A DNA stretch of 29,377 bases from a virus. Its lineage: Duplodnaviria > Caudoviricetes. This document shows, piece by piece, positions 16,718 through 25,148 of the stretch (positions are counted from its first letter, which is position 1; each line of letters starts with the position of its first letter). Where the stretch lies: the IMG/VR virus record IMGVR_UViG_3300003972_000002, positions 1 through 29,377 of that record. One strand, given 5' to 3'. Position numbers and translations under genes: made by a program. The notes below the pieces were generated by a model, which saw only the letters and a program-made list of their open reading frames with translations, did no database searches and was not told where the DNA came from.

Positions 16718-18139
16718 TTACGACTGACCGTTGCACGCACTCCAGTTGACGTGCGCCCAGACAACCGCCTGAGAACGACGCTTCGCGAAGTTGATGAACC
16801 GCTCGACCAGGAAGCCGACGCTGTTCGTCTGCCACAAGGAGACGAGCGCCTGCGATCCGGTGTTGACGCCAGTCGGCGTGGTGCTGTTCATCGCCGGGGC
16901 ATTGTCCATCACAAGCGAGGCTTGATCGGACATCGACACCTGGATTCCACCTTCGTCGCCGAGGAAGATCTCGTCACCCTTGACCAGCATGACGACCGGG
17001 CCTTCCGACTCGTCCGCCACGTACTGCGACGTGTAGACCGGCAGGCCCGCCAGCGTGCCACCCGTCGGGGTAATGCCGGGGAACGCCGGCTGCCCGACCT
17101 CGTTGACGATCAACGACAAGTCAATCGCCATCGCTTCCGACATGATCCAGAAGGCGCCCGCAACCGTCAGGTTGTCGCCCACCAGTTCCTTCAGGAAGGC
17201 CGCGATGTCGCAGCGGATGCCCGCGACGGTGCCATCGCCAACGAGCTGCAGCGGCGACACACCGTATCGGATACCATCGGGTGACTCGTCAGACGTGCCC
17301 TGGACATCGCTCACGAACGTGCCGTCGATCGCCGCATTCACCGCACGAGCCAACTCGTCGCGGAGAAGTGTGTCGGCAGCCACGGATGCACGAGACAGTT
17401 GCTCCTTCGTCGCCGCAGCAATCGCCGCTACCTTGAGCGGAGCAAGCTTCGTGCGCGTGTAGGTCCAGCTCGTCAGGGGCTTCGCAGCGCCTTCCTTCAC
17501 CCAGTCCGCAGTACCGCCAGTGCCCTGTACGAGCACTTGAGTATCGAACGGCAAGCGACGCAGACGATCGCTGATCTGACCGACCACCGAGCGGGCGCGC
17601 AGGTATTCGACGAAGTCGGCGAAGTACGCGCCTTGATCGAGAACAAGGTTGCCCGCCCACGTCGCCGCACCCGTGTTGGCCGCTGACACGGCGGCCTTCT
17701 GGATCGACTTCGCCAGCGTCTCGTCGCCAGGGTAGACCTGCTGCGCGACAGCCAGCGGATCGGCATGGTTCACGTGGGCAATTGCCTTCACGCGAGCAAT
17801 GCGCGCGAAGCCCATGCCCTTATCCAGCTTGGTCGTGTCCTTCGCGGTCACGTCAATGCGGCCGACCGTGGTGGACTTCGCCTTGGCGTTGCGCTTGTCG
17901 CTGTCATCGACAGCCTTCGCGGTCGCGGCCTCGGCATCTTCAATGGCCTTCAGCTTGCGAGTACGCGCCAGGTCGGCGTCGATCGCCTTGATCTCGCTTT
18001 CCAGGGTCTCGAACTCTTCGGCCTCGGCGGTATCCATCGTGCGGGACTCGTCGACCGCCTTCTGATGGATCTCCTTCATACGATCGGACTTGGCCTTCTT
18101 GGTCGCTTCCAAGTTGGCGATATGCTCTGCGTAGTTCAC
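16718..18139 (-). CDS. HK97-fold major capsid protein with N-terminal coiled-coil delta domain
   Basis: Start re-called at GTG 18139 (AGGA RBS); WVKEGAAKP, LAPLKVAAI, GTLAGLPV, SLWQTNSVGFLVERFINF. Confidence 0.93.
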   Translation of the reverse strand: MNYAEHIANLEATKKAKSDRMKEIHQKAVDESRTMDTAEAEEFETLESEIKAIDADLARTRKLKAIEDAEAATAKAVDDSDKRNAKAKSTTVGRIDVTAKDTTKLDKGMGFARIARVKAIAHVNHADPLAVAQQVYPGDETLAKSIQKAAVSAANTGAATWAGNLVLDQGAYFADFVEYLRARSVVGQISDRLRRLPFDTQVLVQGTGGTADWVKEGAAKPLTSWTYTRTKLAPLKVAAIAAATKEQLSRASVAADTLLRDELARAVNAAIDGTFVSDVQGTSDESPDGIRYGVSPLQLVGDGTVAGIRCDIAAFLKELVGDNLTVAGAFWIMSEAMAIDLSLIVNEVGQPAFPGITPTGGTLAGLPVYTSQYVADESEGPVVMLVKGDEIFLGDEGGIQVSMSDQASLVMDNAPAMNSTTPTGVNTGSQALVSLWQTNSVGFLVERFINFAKRRSQAVVWAHVNWSACNGQS

Positions 18140-18291
18140 TTTCGTTTCCTTCTGGCACGGCGACACCTCGCGGTGAAGCGATGCCTCATAGGTTCAAACA
18201 TGGGTGGAGCAGCTGCGAACCGCTCAGCCAAGAGCGGCGGCTACTTGCAACGCGCTACGATTGGCCGCGTAGCTCGGCTAAGAGAAAACTG

Positions 18292-18843
18292 TTAGCGGCG
18301 GACTAGCGCCACCGCGCCGCGCGACAAAGACGACTCGCGCGACTTGATCAGGGGAATCGGACGACCGCGACGGATCGCCGAATCAATGCTCTTGATGGTC
18401 TGGATAGTGGCCTCGGCGTTCGCGGGAATCGTCACCGCGGAAAGCTCATACCATTCCCACTTCGTGAAGCGACGACCCCACGAGCCTTCGATGTCCGCAG
18501 ACTCTATCGGCACGAAGCCAATCGAGAAACCGCGCACCAGGCCAAGCTTGATGGACTCCCATGCGGAATCCAGGAACTGCTTCAGCGCACCGTCAGACTT
18601 CGCGATCTTTGCTGTGACCTCGATGCCAGCGTTCGTCACCTTCGCTTGCGTCACGTGGCCAATTGGCTGATCGTGTCGATGCTGCCAGAGCAACGGCAAT
18701 GGCAGTTTGAACACTGCGCCCTTCGGCTCGACGATGTCATCCATCCTGTCGGTCGACGGCGTCGTCGCGATGCCGGTCACGACCCGCTTGTCGTCGTCCA
18801 GCTCCTTCACCTCGAGCACGGAATACGCGCGATTCATAGTCAC
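18292..18843 (-). CDS. HK97-family prohead protease
   Basis: GIATTPSTDRMDDIVEPKG, LLWQH, GFSIGF, ELSAVTIPAN. Confidence 0.95.
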   Translation of the reverse strand: MTMNRAYSVLEVKELDDDKRVVTGIATTPSTDRMDDIVEPKGAVFKLPLPLLWQHRHDQPIGHVTQAKVTNAGIEVTAKIAKSDGALKQFLDSAWESIKLGLVRGFSIGFVPIESADIEGSWGRRFTKWEWYELSAVTIPANAEATIQTIKSIDSAIRRGRPIPLIKSRESSLSRGAVALVRR

Positions 18844-20354
18844 CTACCAACAGCAAACATAACCAGGGGCTTCTTCGTCTCGATAATCGTCTGAGCGCCA
18901 GCGCCAATCGCCATCGCCAGAGCCACCATGCCGTCGATGCGTCCGGTCGCCTTCGACTTGTCCAGTTTCCTGTTACCGGCCGGATCTGATACGGCAACGG
19001 CATTCGCGGCGCACATCGTCAGAACCGGATGGCCGCCGTGCAGCAGATTGCCCTCGACCAGTTCCGCCTCAAGCGTGTCTAGCGCCGGCGTCATCGACTT
19101 ATAGCCTTGGCCAAACTCTTCCATCGGTAGTTCGACGCCAAGGCGCGCGATCTCAGCTTTCAGCACGTCCATGCGCCACCGGTCGAATCGGATCGACTTC
19201 ACATGGCGGTCTTCGCAGAACTCAACGAGCCACCGGGCGACGAATTCGTAATCGACGGTAGATCCTGGCGTGAGAATCAAATGTCCCTGCTTGGCCCACA
19301 CGTCATAGGGAACGCGGTCGCGTTGTGATCGCTCAAGCAATCCGGACTGCGGCGCAAAGAACGTCGGCCATACGTGCCACTTGCCTTCCTTCCTTCGAAC
19401 TGCAACTGCCGCCGTCAGGTCGTGCCTGGCTGACAGGTCCAGTCCAATGAACACATCCCTGTCGAACACATCGAAATCGACGGGTCCTGCGTTCGCCTCC
19501 CAGACCGCGCGCGATATGAACGGGTTACTCATGTTCACCCGCTGATTCAGGATCAGATTGCGATAGGCATTCTCAGCGCTCGGCATGCGCCGCGCCGTCT
19601 CTGCCTGTTTCCGAACTTCCTTGGGGTTCTGGAAATCGCCGAACGCCGGATTCGCGGCCTTGATCGCCGCATCGGAGAACGGGTCAATGTCCTCCGATGC
19701 GGTGTACAGCCAAAGCTTCGTTTCGGGGTCCGCCTTGGCCTTTGCGTCATCGATCAGAAGTGACAGCAGGTCCGCATCCGTAGGCGCCTGCGTGCTAATC
19801 ACGATCGACAGTGGCGACTCCTGAGCCGCGCAGGCGGTCTCCAGGGCCTCGTACAACTCGCTCCGCGGGCCCCTCACCTGGCCGAGCTCGTCGTGCACGA
19901 CGAACACCGGAGATAACCCGTAGGCCGTCGATGCTTCCGCAGATAGCGCGCGGTACTTGGTGCCAAGCTCAGGGCACAGAAGCTCCTTCGCCGAGTCCCT
20001 GACAACCACGGACGCTTTCATGTCCGGATTCATGCGGACCATCTTCGCCGCCAGGCCAAATAGGATCGACGCCTGTTCGCGAGATTGGGCAGCCGAGTAC
20101 AGCTGGCTATTCGCCTTCGCTTCTGGTCCGCACAGGTGCAGCAACAGTAAGCACGCGGACAGCGCCGTCTTACCGTTCTTTCGTCCGAAAGAAATAATCG
20201 CCTGTCGTGTCGGGCTGTCGTAGATGTCGCAGATGATCTGGCGCTGCCAATCCCGAAGCACCATCGGCTGGCCGACTAGTGCGCCCTCGGGTACGACGCA
20301 GTTATCTTCGATCCAGCGGCAGTTGTCCTGTCCGCGGGTTAGCTTCTCTGCCAC
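18840..20354 (-). CDS. terL: Terminase large subunit
   Basis: Walker A GRKNGKT, Walker B VVHDELG, nuclease motifs GLDLS and RIDG. Confidence 0.96.
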   Translation of the reverse strand: MAEKLTRGQDNCRWIEDNCVVPEGALVGQPMVLRDWQRQIICDIYDSPTRQAIISFGRKNGKTALSACLLLLHLCGPEAKANSQLYSAAQSREQASILFGLAAKMVRMNPDMKASVVVRDSAKELLCPELGTKYRALSAEASTAYGLSPVFVVHDELGQVRGPRSELYEALETACAAQESPLSIVISTQAPTDADLLSLLIDDAKAKADPETKLWLYTASEDIDPFSDAAIKAANPAFGDFQNPKEVRKQAETARRMPSAENAYRNLILNQRVNMSNPFISRAVWEANAGPVDFDVFDRDVFIGLDLSARHDLTAAVAVRRKEGKWHVWPTFFAPQSGLLERSQRDRVPYDVWAKQGHLILTPGSTVDYEFVARWLVEFCEDRHVKSIRFDRWRMDVLKAEIARLGVELPMEEFGQGYKSMTPALDTLEAELVEGNLLHGGHPVLTMCAANAVAVSDPAGNRKLDKSKATGRIDGMVALAMAIGAGAQTIIETKKPLVMFAVGR

Positions 20355-20740
20355 AACTTCTTCGCGCCCGAACCTCGGTCAGCCGTTGCTGCCGCCTTCG
20401 GGGTGTACCTGCTCTGCTGAGTCAACCTCAGCTTCGTCGCCAGCGACACCAGACGCCGAGACTCCATGTCTCGCAATCGCATCACCGATTGCAACTCGTC
20501 GTCGTCATGGTTATCCAACGCTTGCGTCACCCGCTTGTGAAGCTGGTCGCAACTGATCTTCGCGCGCACGTACTCAAGCAGGACCGGGGCGGAATCCTCC
20601 CCAAACCATTCGGCCGGCTTCGCTTCAACAATCTTGCGCCACAGTGCGGCCTCTTCTTCCGTCAGGTCATCCGGTGCACGCACCCGCTCCAGCGGTCTGA
20701 CTGGCACTACGGTCAGGCTGGCAGTCGATTTATCGGCCAT
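20339..20740 (-). CDS. terS: Terminase small subunit (P27-like)
   Basis: APDDLTEEEAALW...LATKLRLTQQSR; directly upstream of TerL. Confidence 0.85.
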   Translation of the reverse strand: MADKSTASLTVVPVRPLERVRAPDDLTEEEAALWRKIVEAKPAEWFGEDSAPVLLEYVRAKISCDQLHKRVTQALDNHDDDELQSVMRLRDMESRRLVSLATKLRLTQQSRYTPKAAATADRGSGAKKLWQRS

Positions 20741-20759
20741 AAGGCTCTAGCTCGAAATT

Positions 20760-20870
20760 GTTACGAGATCCAAAACATTGGCTACCCCCGGCGGTCCTAG
20801 GCCGGTCCATGGTCGCTGCGACCTATCCCCCCGCCAAGTATTTGAATTCCAAAGAATAAATTCTTTTTCA
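20760..20870. other. Candidate cos (packaging) region
   Basis: Non-coding gap between HNH and terS with G-runs on the minus strand and an AT-rich patch; this is the usual cos position in HNH-TerS-TerL phages. Confidence 0.4.
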
Positions 20871-20871
20871 G

Positions 20872-21171
20872 TCATCGACCCTTCAAGGCCGGCGCTGGCT
20901 CTAATGGCCAGCCACTGATATCGACACCTATGCGGTGCCCCAGCTTCTCTTCCCTCTTCTTCACGCTGTTGTGACAGTGAGCACAGAGCCCCTGTAGGTT
21001 GCTCCTGTTAAATGCCAGCTGGCGATGTGTCCTGACAGGCTTGATATGGTCCACGTGCTCAGAGGCTTGTATGAGCCCCATCTCCTTGCAGTACCTGCAG
21101 AGGGGTTCCTCTCGAAGTACCCGCTCTCTCAGGAGGCGCCATTGCTTGGTGCAGTAGGGCCATGCCGCCAC
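20872..21171 (-). CDS. HNH endonuclease (HK97 gp74-like terminase cofactor)
   Basis: CRYC...VDHIKP...NLQGLCAHCHN; upstream of terS. Confidence 0.92.
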   Translation of the reverse strand: MAAWPYCTKQWRLLRERVLREEPLCRYCKEMGLIQASEHVDHIKPVRTHRQLAFNRSNLQGLCAHCHNSVKKREEKLGHRIGVDISGWPLEPAPALKGR

Positions 21172-21303
21172 TTACGGGCTCTCTTTCTCGGGAGGCTTAG
21201 GGGCTTCAGGCGCCTTACCCAGCTTCTTGCGCATAGCCTGCATAGCCTGTTGCGCCTTCTGCTTGAGTTTCTCTCGACGTTTCGCGCAAGATGAGCAACC
21301 CAT
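21172..21303 (-). CDS. Small CxxC basic protein (43 aa), not in ORF track
   Basis: Manual translation MGCSSCAKRREKLKQKAQQAMQAMRKKLGKAPEAPKPPEKESP*; stop abuts the HNH start. Confidence 0.55.
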   Translation of the reverse strand: MGCSSCAKRREKLKQKAQQAMQAMRKKLGKAPEAPKPPEKESP

Positions 21304-21325
21304 TACTCGCTGCCATGGAGGATGA

Positions 21326-21859
21326 ATGAGATACCTAGCCCTTGTCCTGTGCGTTCTCTCTATGAGCGCTCATGCCTTCAAGATCGAACAGAAGCAGGAC
21401 GAATTCACCAAAGCCTCGTACATCCGGGCCTCAGACCTGAAGCTCTGCCAGATCAAGAGCGCCGGCTTTGCTGCCCAGTGCGCATCCTTGGATCTGGTCT
21501 GGGATCCCGAGATGCCCGAGGTGGTCGCTATCCGCCTGGAGCAAAATGGCATCAGCGGCATCACTCAGGTGGCCGTGAACATCGGTGGGGACATACAGCG
21601 CTTTGGCGCTGATACACCTACCTACTTCGACTACAGCCGCTCGATTGGCCGGGCGTCTAGAACCCTGGCCTGGAGCAGTGCAAATATGTTCTTGCTCCCG
21701 GTCAGCGTCCTTGAAGCCATTGCCGCCGACCAGGGTAATGGCCTGATTCGAGTCACCGGTCTGCACGCGTCGACCGATTACGACTTCTATCGCAAGGCCA
21801 AGGCTCGGGGGGTCCCGGCCGATGAGTTACGGAAGTTCCTCAGCGCCATCAAGCCTTGA
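21326..21859 (+). CDS. Secreted protein of unknown function (opposite-strand moron)
   Basis: GGAGG RBS; signal peptide MRYLALVLCVLSMSAHA|FK; two Cys in mature part. Confidence 0.8.
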   Translation: MRYLALVLCVLSMSAHAFKIEQKQDEFTKASYIRASDLKLCQIKSAGFAAQCASLDLVWDPEMPEVVAIRLEQNGISGITQVAVNIGGDIQRFGADTPTYFDYSRSIGRASRTLAWSSANMFLLPVSVLEAIAADQGNGLIRVTGLHASTDYDFYRKAKARGVPADELRKFLSAIKP

Positions 21860-22097
21860 CCTGCGCAAGAAAGCACTGCTGCGCCATATTCAACGCAAGT
21901 CGAGCGCCAAGGGCCTGACGATCTCGCTTAGGCGCCCGACGCAGAACAGCCTTGGCATGGGCGAGCATGTGATCCAGTCGCCTTTGCCGAACCTTGATAG
22001 ACAGGGTGACGGTCAGAGGCCTGTCGGGCGCGACCTGGATATCAACCGGGTCACCCGATGCAATGCCATCGAGATTCTGAAAAGGCTCTGAGTTCAT
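21849..22097 (-). CDS. Hypothetical protein
   Basis: TGATG-coupled start at 22097 (MNSEPF...). Confidence 0.45.
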   Translation of the reverse strand: MNSEPFQNLDGIASGDPVDIQVAPDRPLTVTLSIKVRQRRLDHMLAHAKAVLRRAPKRDRQALGARLALNMAQQCFLAQVKA

Positions 22098-22606
22098 CAG
22101 CAAATCTTCACCGGCAACCGCACCGGCAGAATAACAACCTGCGGCACGACCAGCCCATCTGACATTGTTGCAGTGACCGTGACGGTATAGTCCTCCCCGT
22201 CGGTTCCGCCGCCTTGTTTGGCGAGGGCCTTGAATCCCACAACCGATTCGTTGCTGACCGTCACATCAGAATCCACGTCCCAGTCGATGCTGTCGATCGT
22301 TCGCAGGACGCTTGCGCTGCTGAGCGCTCGGCAGGTCCAGACGATTGATCCATCCGGCGTTGTCTCACCGATGCCCGCCTTGAATGCCGGCATTCGCAGA
22401 CCGCTACGCCCTGGCGTGGTCGGCTCAAATTCGAAGCCCACCGCCTTGCCGCCCGTGAACACCCGAATACGCGCACCAGCGCCGAAATCGGTTATCGGCG
22501 CCCACGTGCGGACACACGCCTCCTCGAAATCCACCGCATAGTCCCAGGTCGCATCCGGATGCTTCGGGGGCCACTTCGCTGCCCTAACGATCACGCCGCA
22601 GGTCAT
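22097..22606 (-). CDS. Phage fibre adaptor-like protein with inserted small beta module
   Basis: WPPKHPDATWDYAVDF N-terminus and GGTDGEDYTVTVTATMSDG C-terminus; insert ending TPDGSIVWTC. Confidence 0.6.
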   Translation of the reverse strand: MTCGVIVRAAKWPPKHPDATWDYAVDFEEACVRTWAPITDFGAGARIRVFTGGKAVGFEFEPTTPGRSGLRMPAFKAGIGETTPDGSIVWTCRALSSASVLRTIDSIDWDVDSDVTVSNESVVGFKALAKQGGGTDGEDYTVTVTATMSDGLVVPQVVILPVRLPVKIC

Positions 22607-22800
22607 TGCATCCTCACGCGAACCGTCCGACTCGACGGCGGCACTGTGACGACTTCCGGACTGATCTGCTCAGACGCATACACGCCCACCAATTGAGCCC
22701 GGTCGATCTGGTCCACAGAGCCATCCGGCGTTGGCAACAGCACGCCCGGCGTCAGTCCTGCGCCGAGCGCTGCCGCCCGTTTGGCCGCGGTGTCTGTCAT
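22603..22800 (-). CDS. Small fibre-module-associated phage protein
   Basis: 65 aa; DTAAKR...LPTPDGSVDQIDR motif; ATGA overlap with the next gene. Confidence 0.6.
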   Translation of the reverse strand: MTDTAAKRAAALGAGLTPGVLLPTPDGSVDQIDRAQLVGVYASEQISPEVVTVPPSSRTVRVRMQ

Positions 22801-22803
22801 GGC

Positions 22804-24360
22804 TTACGGCGTGCATTCGTTCAGTGTGAACGTCGTTCCGTCATCGCTCACGCCGCACGTCACGATCGCCGCATTGTCCGCATCGTTACGGAGCGTTTTC
22901 GTCGTGCTCGTTTGCTGCACTTTGTTTCTGCTCCACGCGCCGATCCAGCACACCCATTCCTTCACTGTCGACGTGGACCAGGACGGTTTCCCGGTCGGTT
23001 CGTCGCAGGTCTGGCCATCCAGCGCAGATTCCACGGCGCTCTGTACGTCCTCCGAGCTCAGGTCATTGAGCCCAGTGATTCCATCGCGGATCGTATCGAG
23101 GATGCCGCTCGACGGATCGGCGGGCGTGCTGCCACTCACCGGGATGCCGAGGATGGAGCGAATTGCCGCCCGCTCGTCTGCATTCCAATCCGTGCCGCCA
23201 CCGCCCTCGCCGGCCGGGGCTTGCGCCAATGCCGCCTCGGTGAAGCGATACGTGCCCGAGTTGTCTTCCAGCGTATCGTCAAGCTTGTCTGTCGTGACCT
23301 TGATCGCATCGACCACGCCATCCACCGTCGAGAGGGCCGATGCAGAAGCCAAGGACGTGAGCGCGCCCGAATCAGGCAGGTTATCCGTCACTGCCTTGAT
23401 GCTATCGACGTTGCTGTCGATCGTCGCGAGCTGCGTATCGAGGTTTGCGCTTGAGAGTCCGATGGCAGAGCGAATGCCGGCCGCATCCAGTCCACCACCC
23501 CCAGAACTGGGGGCCGTGCCAAACAGGTAATACGTGATCGTGCCTGATGGCGTGACCGTCCATGCGTCCACCGTAGCCGTATCGGAGCTGCCCGTGTAAT
23601 CGGTCACTACACGTGATTGGCAGTAACCCTGCGTCGAGCCACACGCCACCAGCGTCATGCCGATCGGCACGTCATCCGCGAACGATGCTGCCGAATCGAG
23701 CACCAGCGTCGTGCTGGTTGCGCTTTGAGCCGTGCCTTGGCGAGCGATGCCCAGCGGAGACACAGCGCCAGCCGTGCCGTCGAAGGCAGCTTCCAGCGCA
23801 TCGGCCGCGCCAGAATCGCCGCTGAGTTGCACAGCATTAGCCGCAACAACGCCCGAGTTCAACAAGACCTGGCCCGTGCCTGTACCACTCGACAGTAGCA
23901 CGCTCGCGCCGATGTCACGGCCTGTCACCGCAGTACCGCCGAAGCTGACCACATTCACCGGCGGCGACAGTTGCACCGTTCCGCCGATCACGATCATGCC
24001 AGGGACCGTGCCCATCACCTCAACCGCCGTTGCGCCAGCAGCCACAGCAGCATCTGGCAGGTCCAGGCGATAGTAGCCGTTGCCCAGGTGAACAAAGCCT
24101 CCATCGGTATGCGCACCACTGACGGTCTGCGTGACTTCAGTGATATCCGCCACCGAGTTCGCGCCGTGGCGCCAATACTTAAGATCGAGGCCCGACGTGT
24201 TGAAGACAACGCCCGTCTCAGGCGTGCCGTCGGTCGCATCGATGATCTTGATGACGACGGTCTGATCCGTCGCGCCGGCCTGAATGGTCTTGATGACCCC
24301 GGCACAAGACAGCGCACTCCATAGCGCCAGAAATACGCCTAGGAAAATGCGTTGCTTCAT
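22804..24360 (-). CDS. Signal-peptide fibre-like protein with internal repeats
   Basis: MKQRIFLGVFLALWSALSCA|GV; GYYRLDLPDAA domain; VDSIKAVTDNL / VDAIKVTTDKL repeats. Confidence 0.8.
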   Translation of the reverse strand: MKQRIFLGVFLALWSALSCAGVIKTIQAGATDQTVVIKIIDATDGTPETGVVFNTSGLDLKYWRHGANSVADITEVTQTVSGAHTDGGFVHLGNGYYRLDLPDAAVAAGATAVEVMGTVPGMIVIGGTVQLSPPVNVVSFGGTAVTGRDIGASVLLSSGTGTGQVLLNSGVVAANAVQLSGDSGAADALEAAFDGTAGAVSPLGIARQGTAQSATSTTLVLDSAASFADDVPIGMTLVACGSTQGYCQSRVVTDYTGSSDTATVDAWTVTPSGTITYYLFGTAPSSGGGGLDAAGIRSAIGLSSANLDTQLATIDSNVDSIKAVTDNLPDSGALTSLASASALSTVDGVVDAIKVTTDKLDDTLEDNSGTYRFTEAALAQAPAGEGGGGTDWNADERAAIRSILGIPVSGSTPADPSSGILDTIRDGITGLNDLSSEDVQSAVESALDGQTCDEPTGKPSWSTSTVKEWVCWIGAWSRNKVQQTSTTKTLRNDADNAAIVTCGVSDDGTTFTLNECTP

Positions 24361-24362
24361 GG

Positions 24363-25148
24363 TCAGTGTTCCAGTTGCTGAATGATTTTCGGCAGTGCGC
24401 TCGATTCGCTGCCACCTCCGCCGTACTGCGTGAAACTGGTGATAGCGAAATTGTCCTGGATCGGCTCGTCGAAATCCTTGGCCGCGAAAACATTATCGAA
24501 GTATCCGGTGAATCCCAAGCCCGACGCATCGCCAAGCTTGAGCGCGCCTTCGCCCGCCAGACTGGAAGGCGCGGTATATCCGCTTGTGTAGCTGACGCCC
24601 TGAATGAGCGACGGCGTGCCGGTGGGGTCGCTATAGACTTCGATTCGCAGCGTGCCAGCGGCAGCGTCCCACCGGCAGATCACGCCATAAGTCACGCCCT
24701 GAGACAGACTGTTCACGGTCGTTACCGCGCGGGCGGGTGGACTGTCCGCGTCGCCAACGAAGCACGCCATGTTACCGGAGCCGTTCAAGCCCTCCAGCTT
24801 TACGCCGTACTGGTTCGACGAGCTCGGCCCTATGAGGGCGATGGTCTGGCCGCCGGCCCATTGCGTTACGTGCAGCAGGAACGCGAGCAACCCTTCGGCG
24901 GGATCGAACACCGTTGACGTGGCATCGGCACGCCCCTGATGCAGCAGGCCATTCGTCCAAAGGCCGTAGCTGCCAACGAGCGCCGCCGTCTCGGAAATCG
25001 ACGCCTCAGCGTTCAGCGTGATGCTACCCATGTCGTTGGGCAGGTCATCAGTCGAATCGAGCGTCGTCCCCTCGGCGCGCCAAAACCAAGTCGGGTCGGC
25101 CCACGCCGGGCCCGCCAGCAGGCACAACAGGATGGCGACGCGCATCAT
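24363..25148 (-). CDS. Signal-peptide LamG/ConA-like jelly-roll protein
   Basis: Start re-called at ATG 25148 (ATGA overlap); MMRVAILLCLLAGPAWA|DP; beta-rich with LKLG...FTGYFDNV ending. Confidence 0.72.
   Translation of the reverse strand: MMRVAILLCLLAGPAWADPTWFWRAEGTTLDSTDDLPNDMGSITLNAEASISETAALVGSYGLWTNGLLHQGRADATSTVFDPAEGLLAFLLHVTQWAGGQTIALIGPSSSNQYGVKLEGLNGSGNMACFVGDADSPPARAVTTVNSLSQGVTYGVICRWDAAAGTLRIEVYSDPTGTPSLIQGVSYTSGYTAPSSLAGEGALKLGDASGLGFTGYFDNVFAAKDFDEPIQDNFAITSFTQYGGGGSESSALPKIIQQLEH

Noticed and set aside
20830-20875. Self-target of array unit NN strings in the AT-rich cos-proximal patch
   Set aside because: By-eye comparison gave no convincing gapped match; a computational search is needed.
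24301-24360. Lipoprotein lipobox in the 518 aa protein (ALSC)
   Set aside because: Poor match to [LVI][ASTVI][GAS]C; signal peptidase I cleavage after SCA is more plausible but untested.
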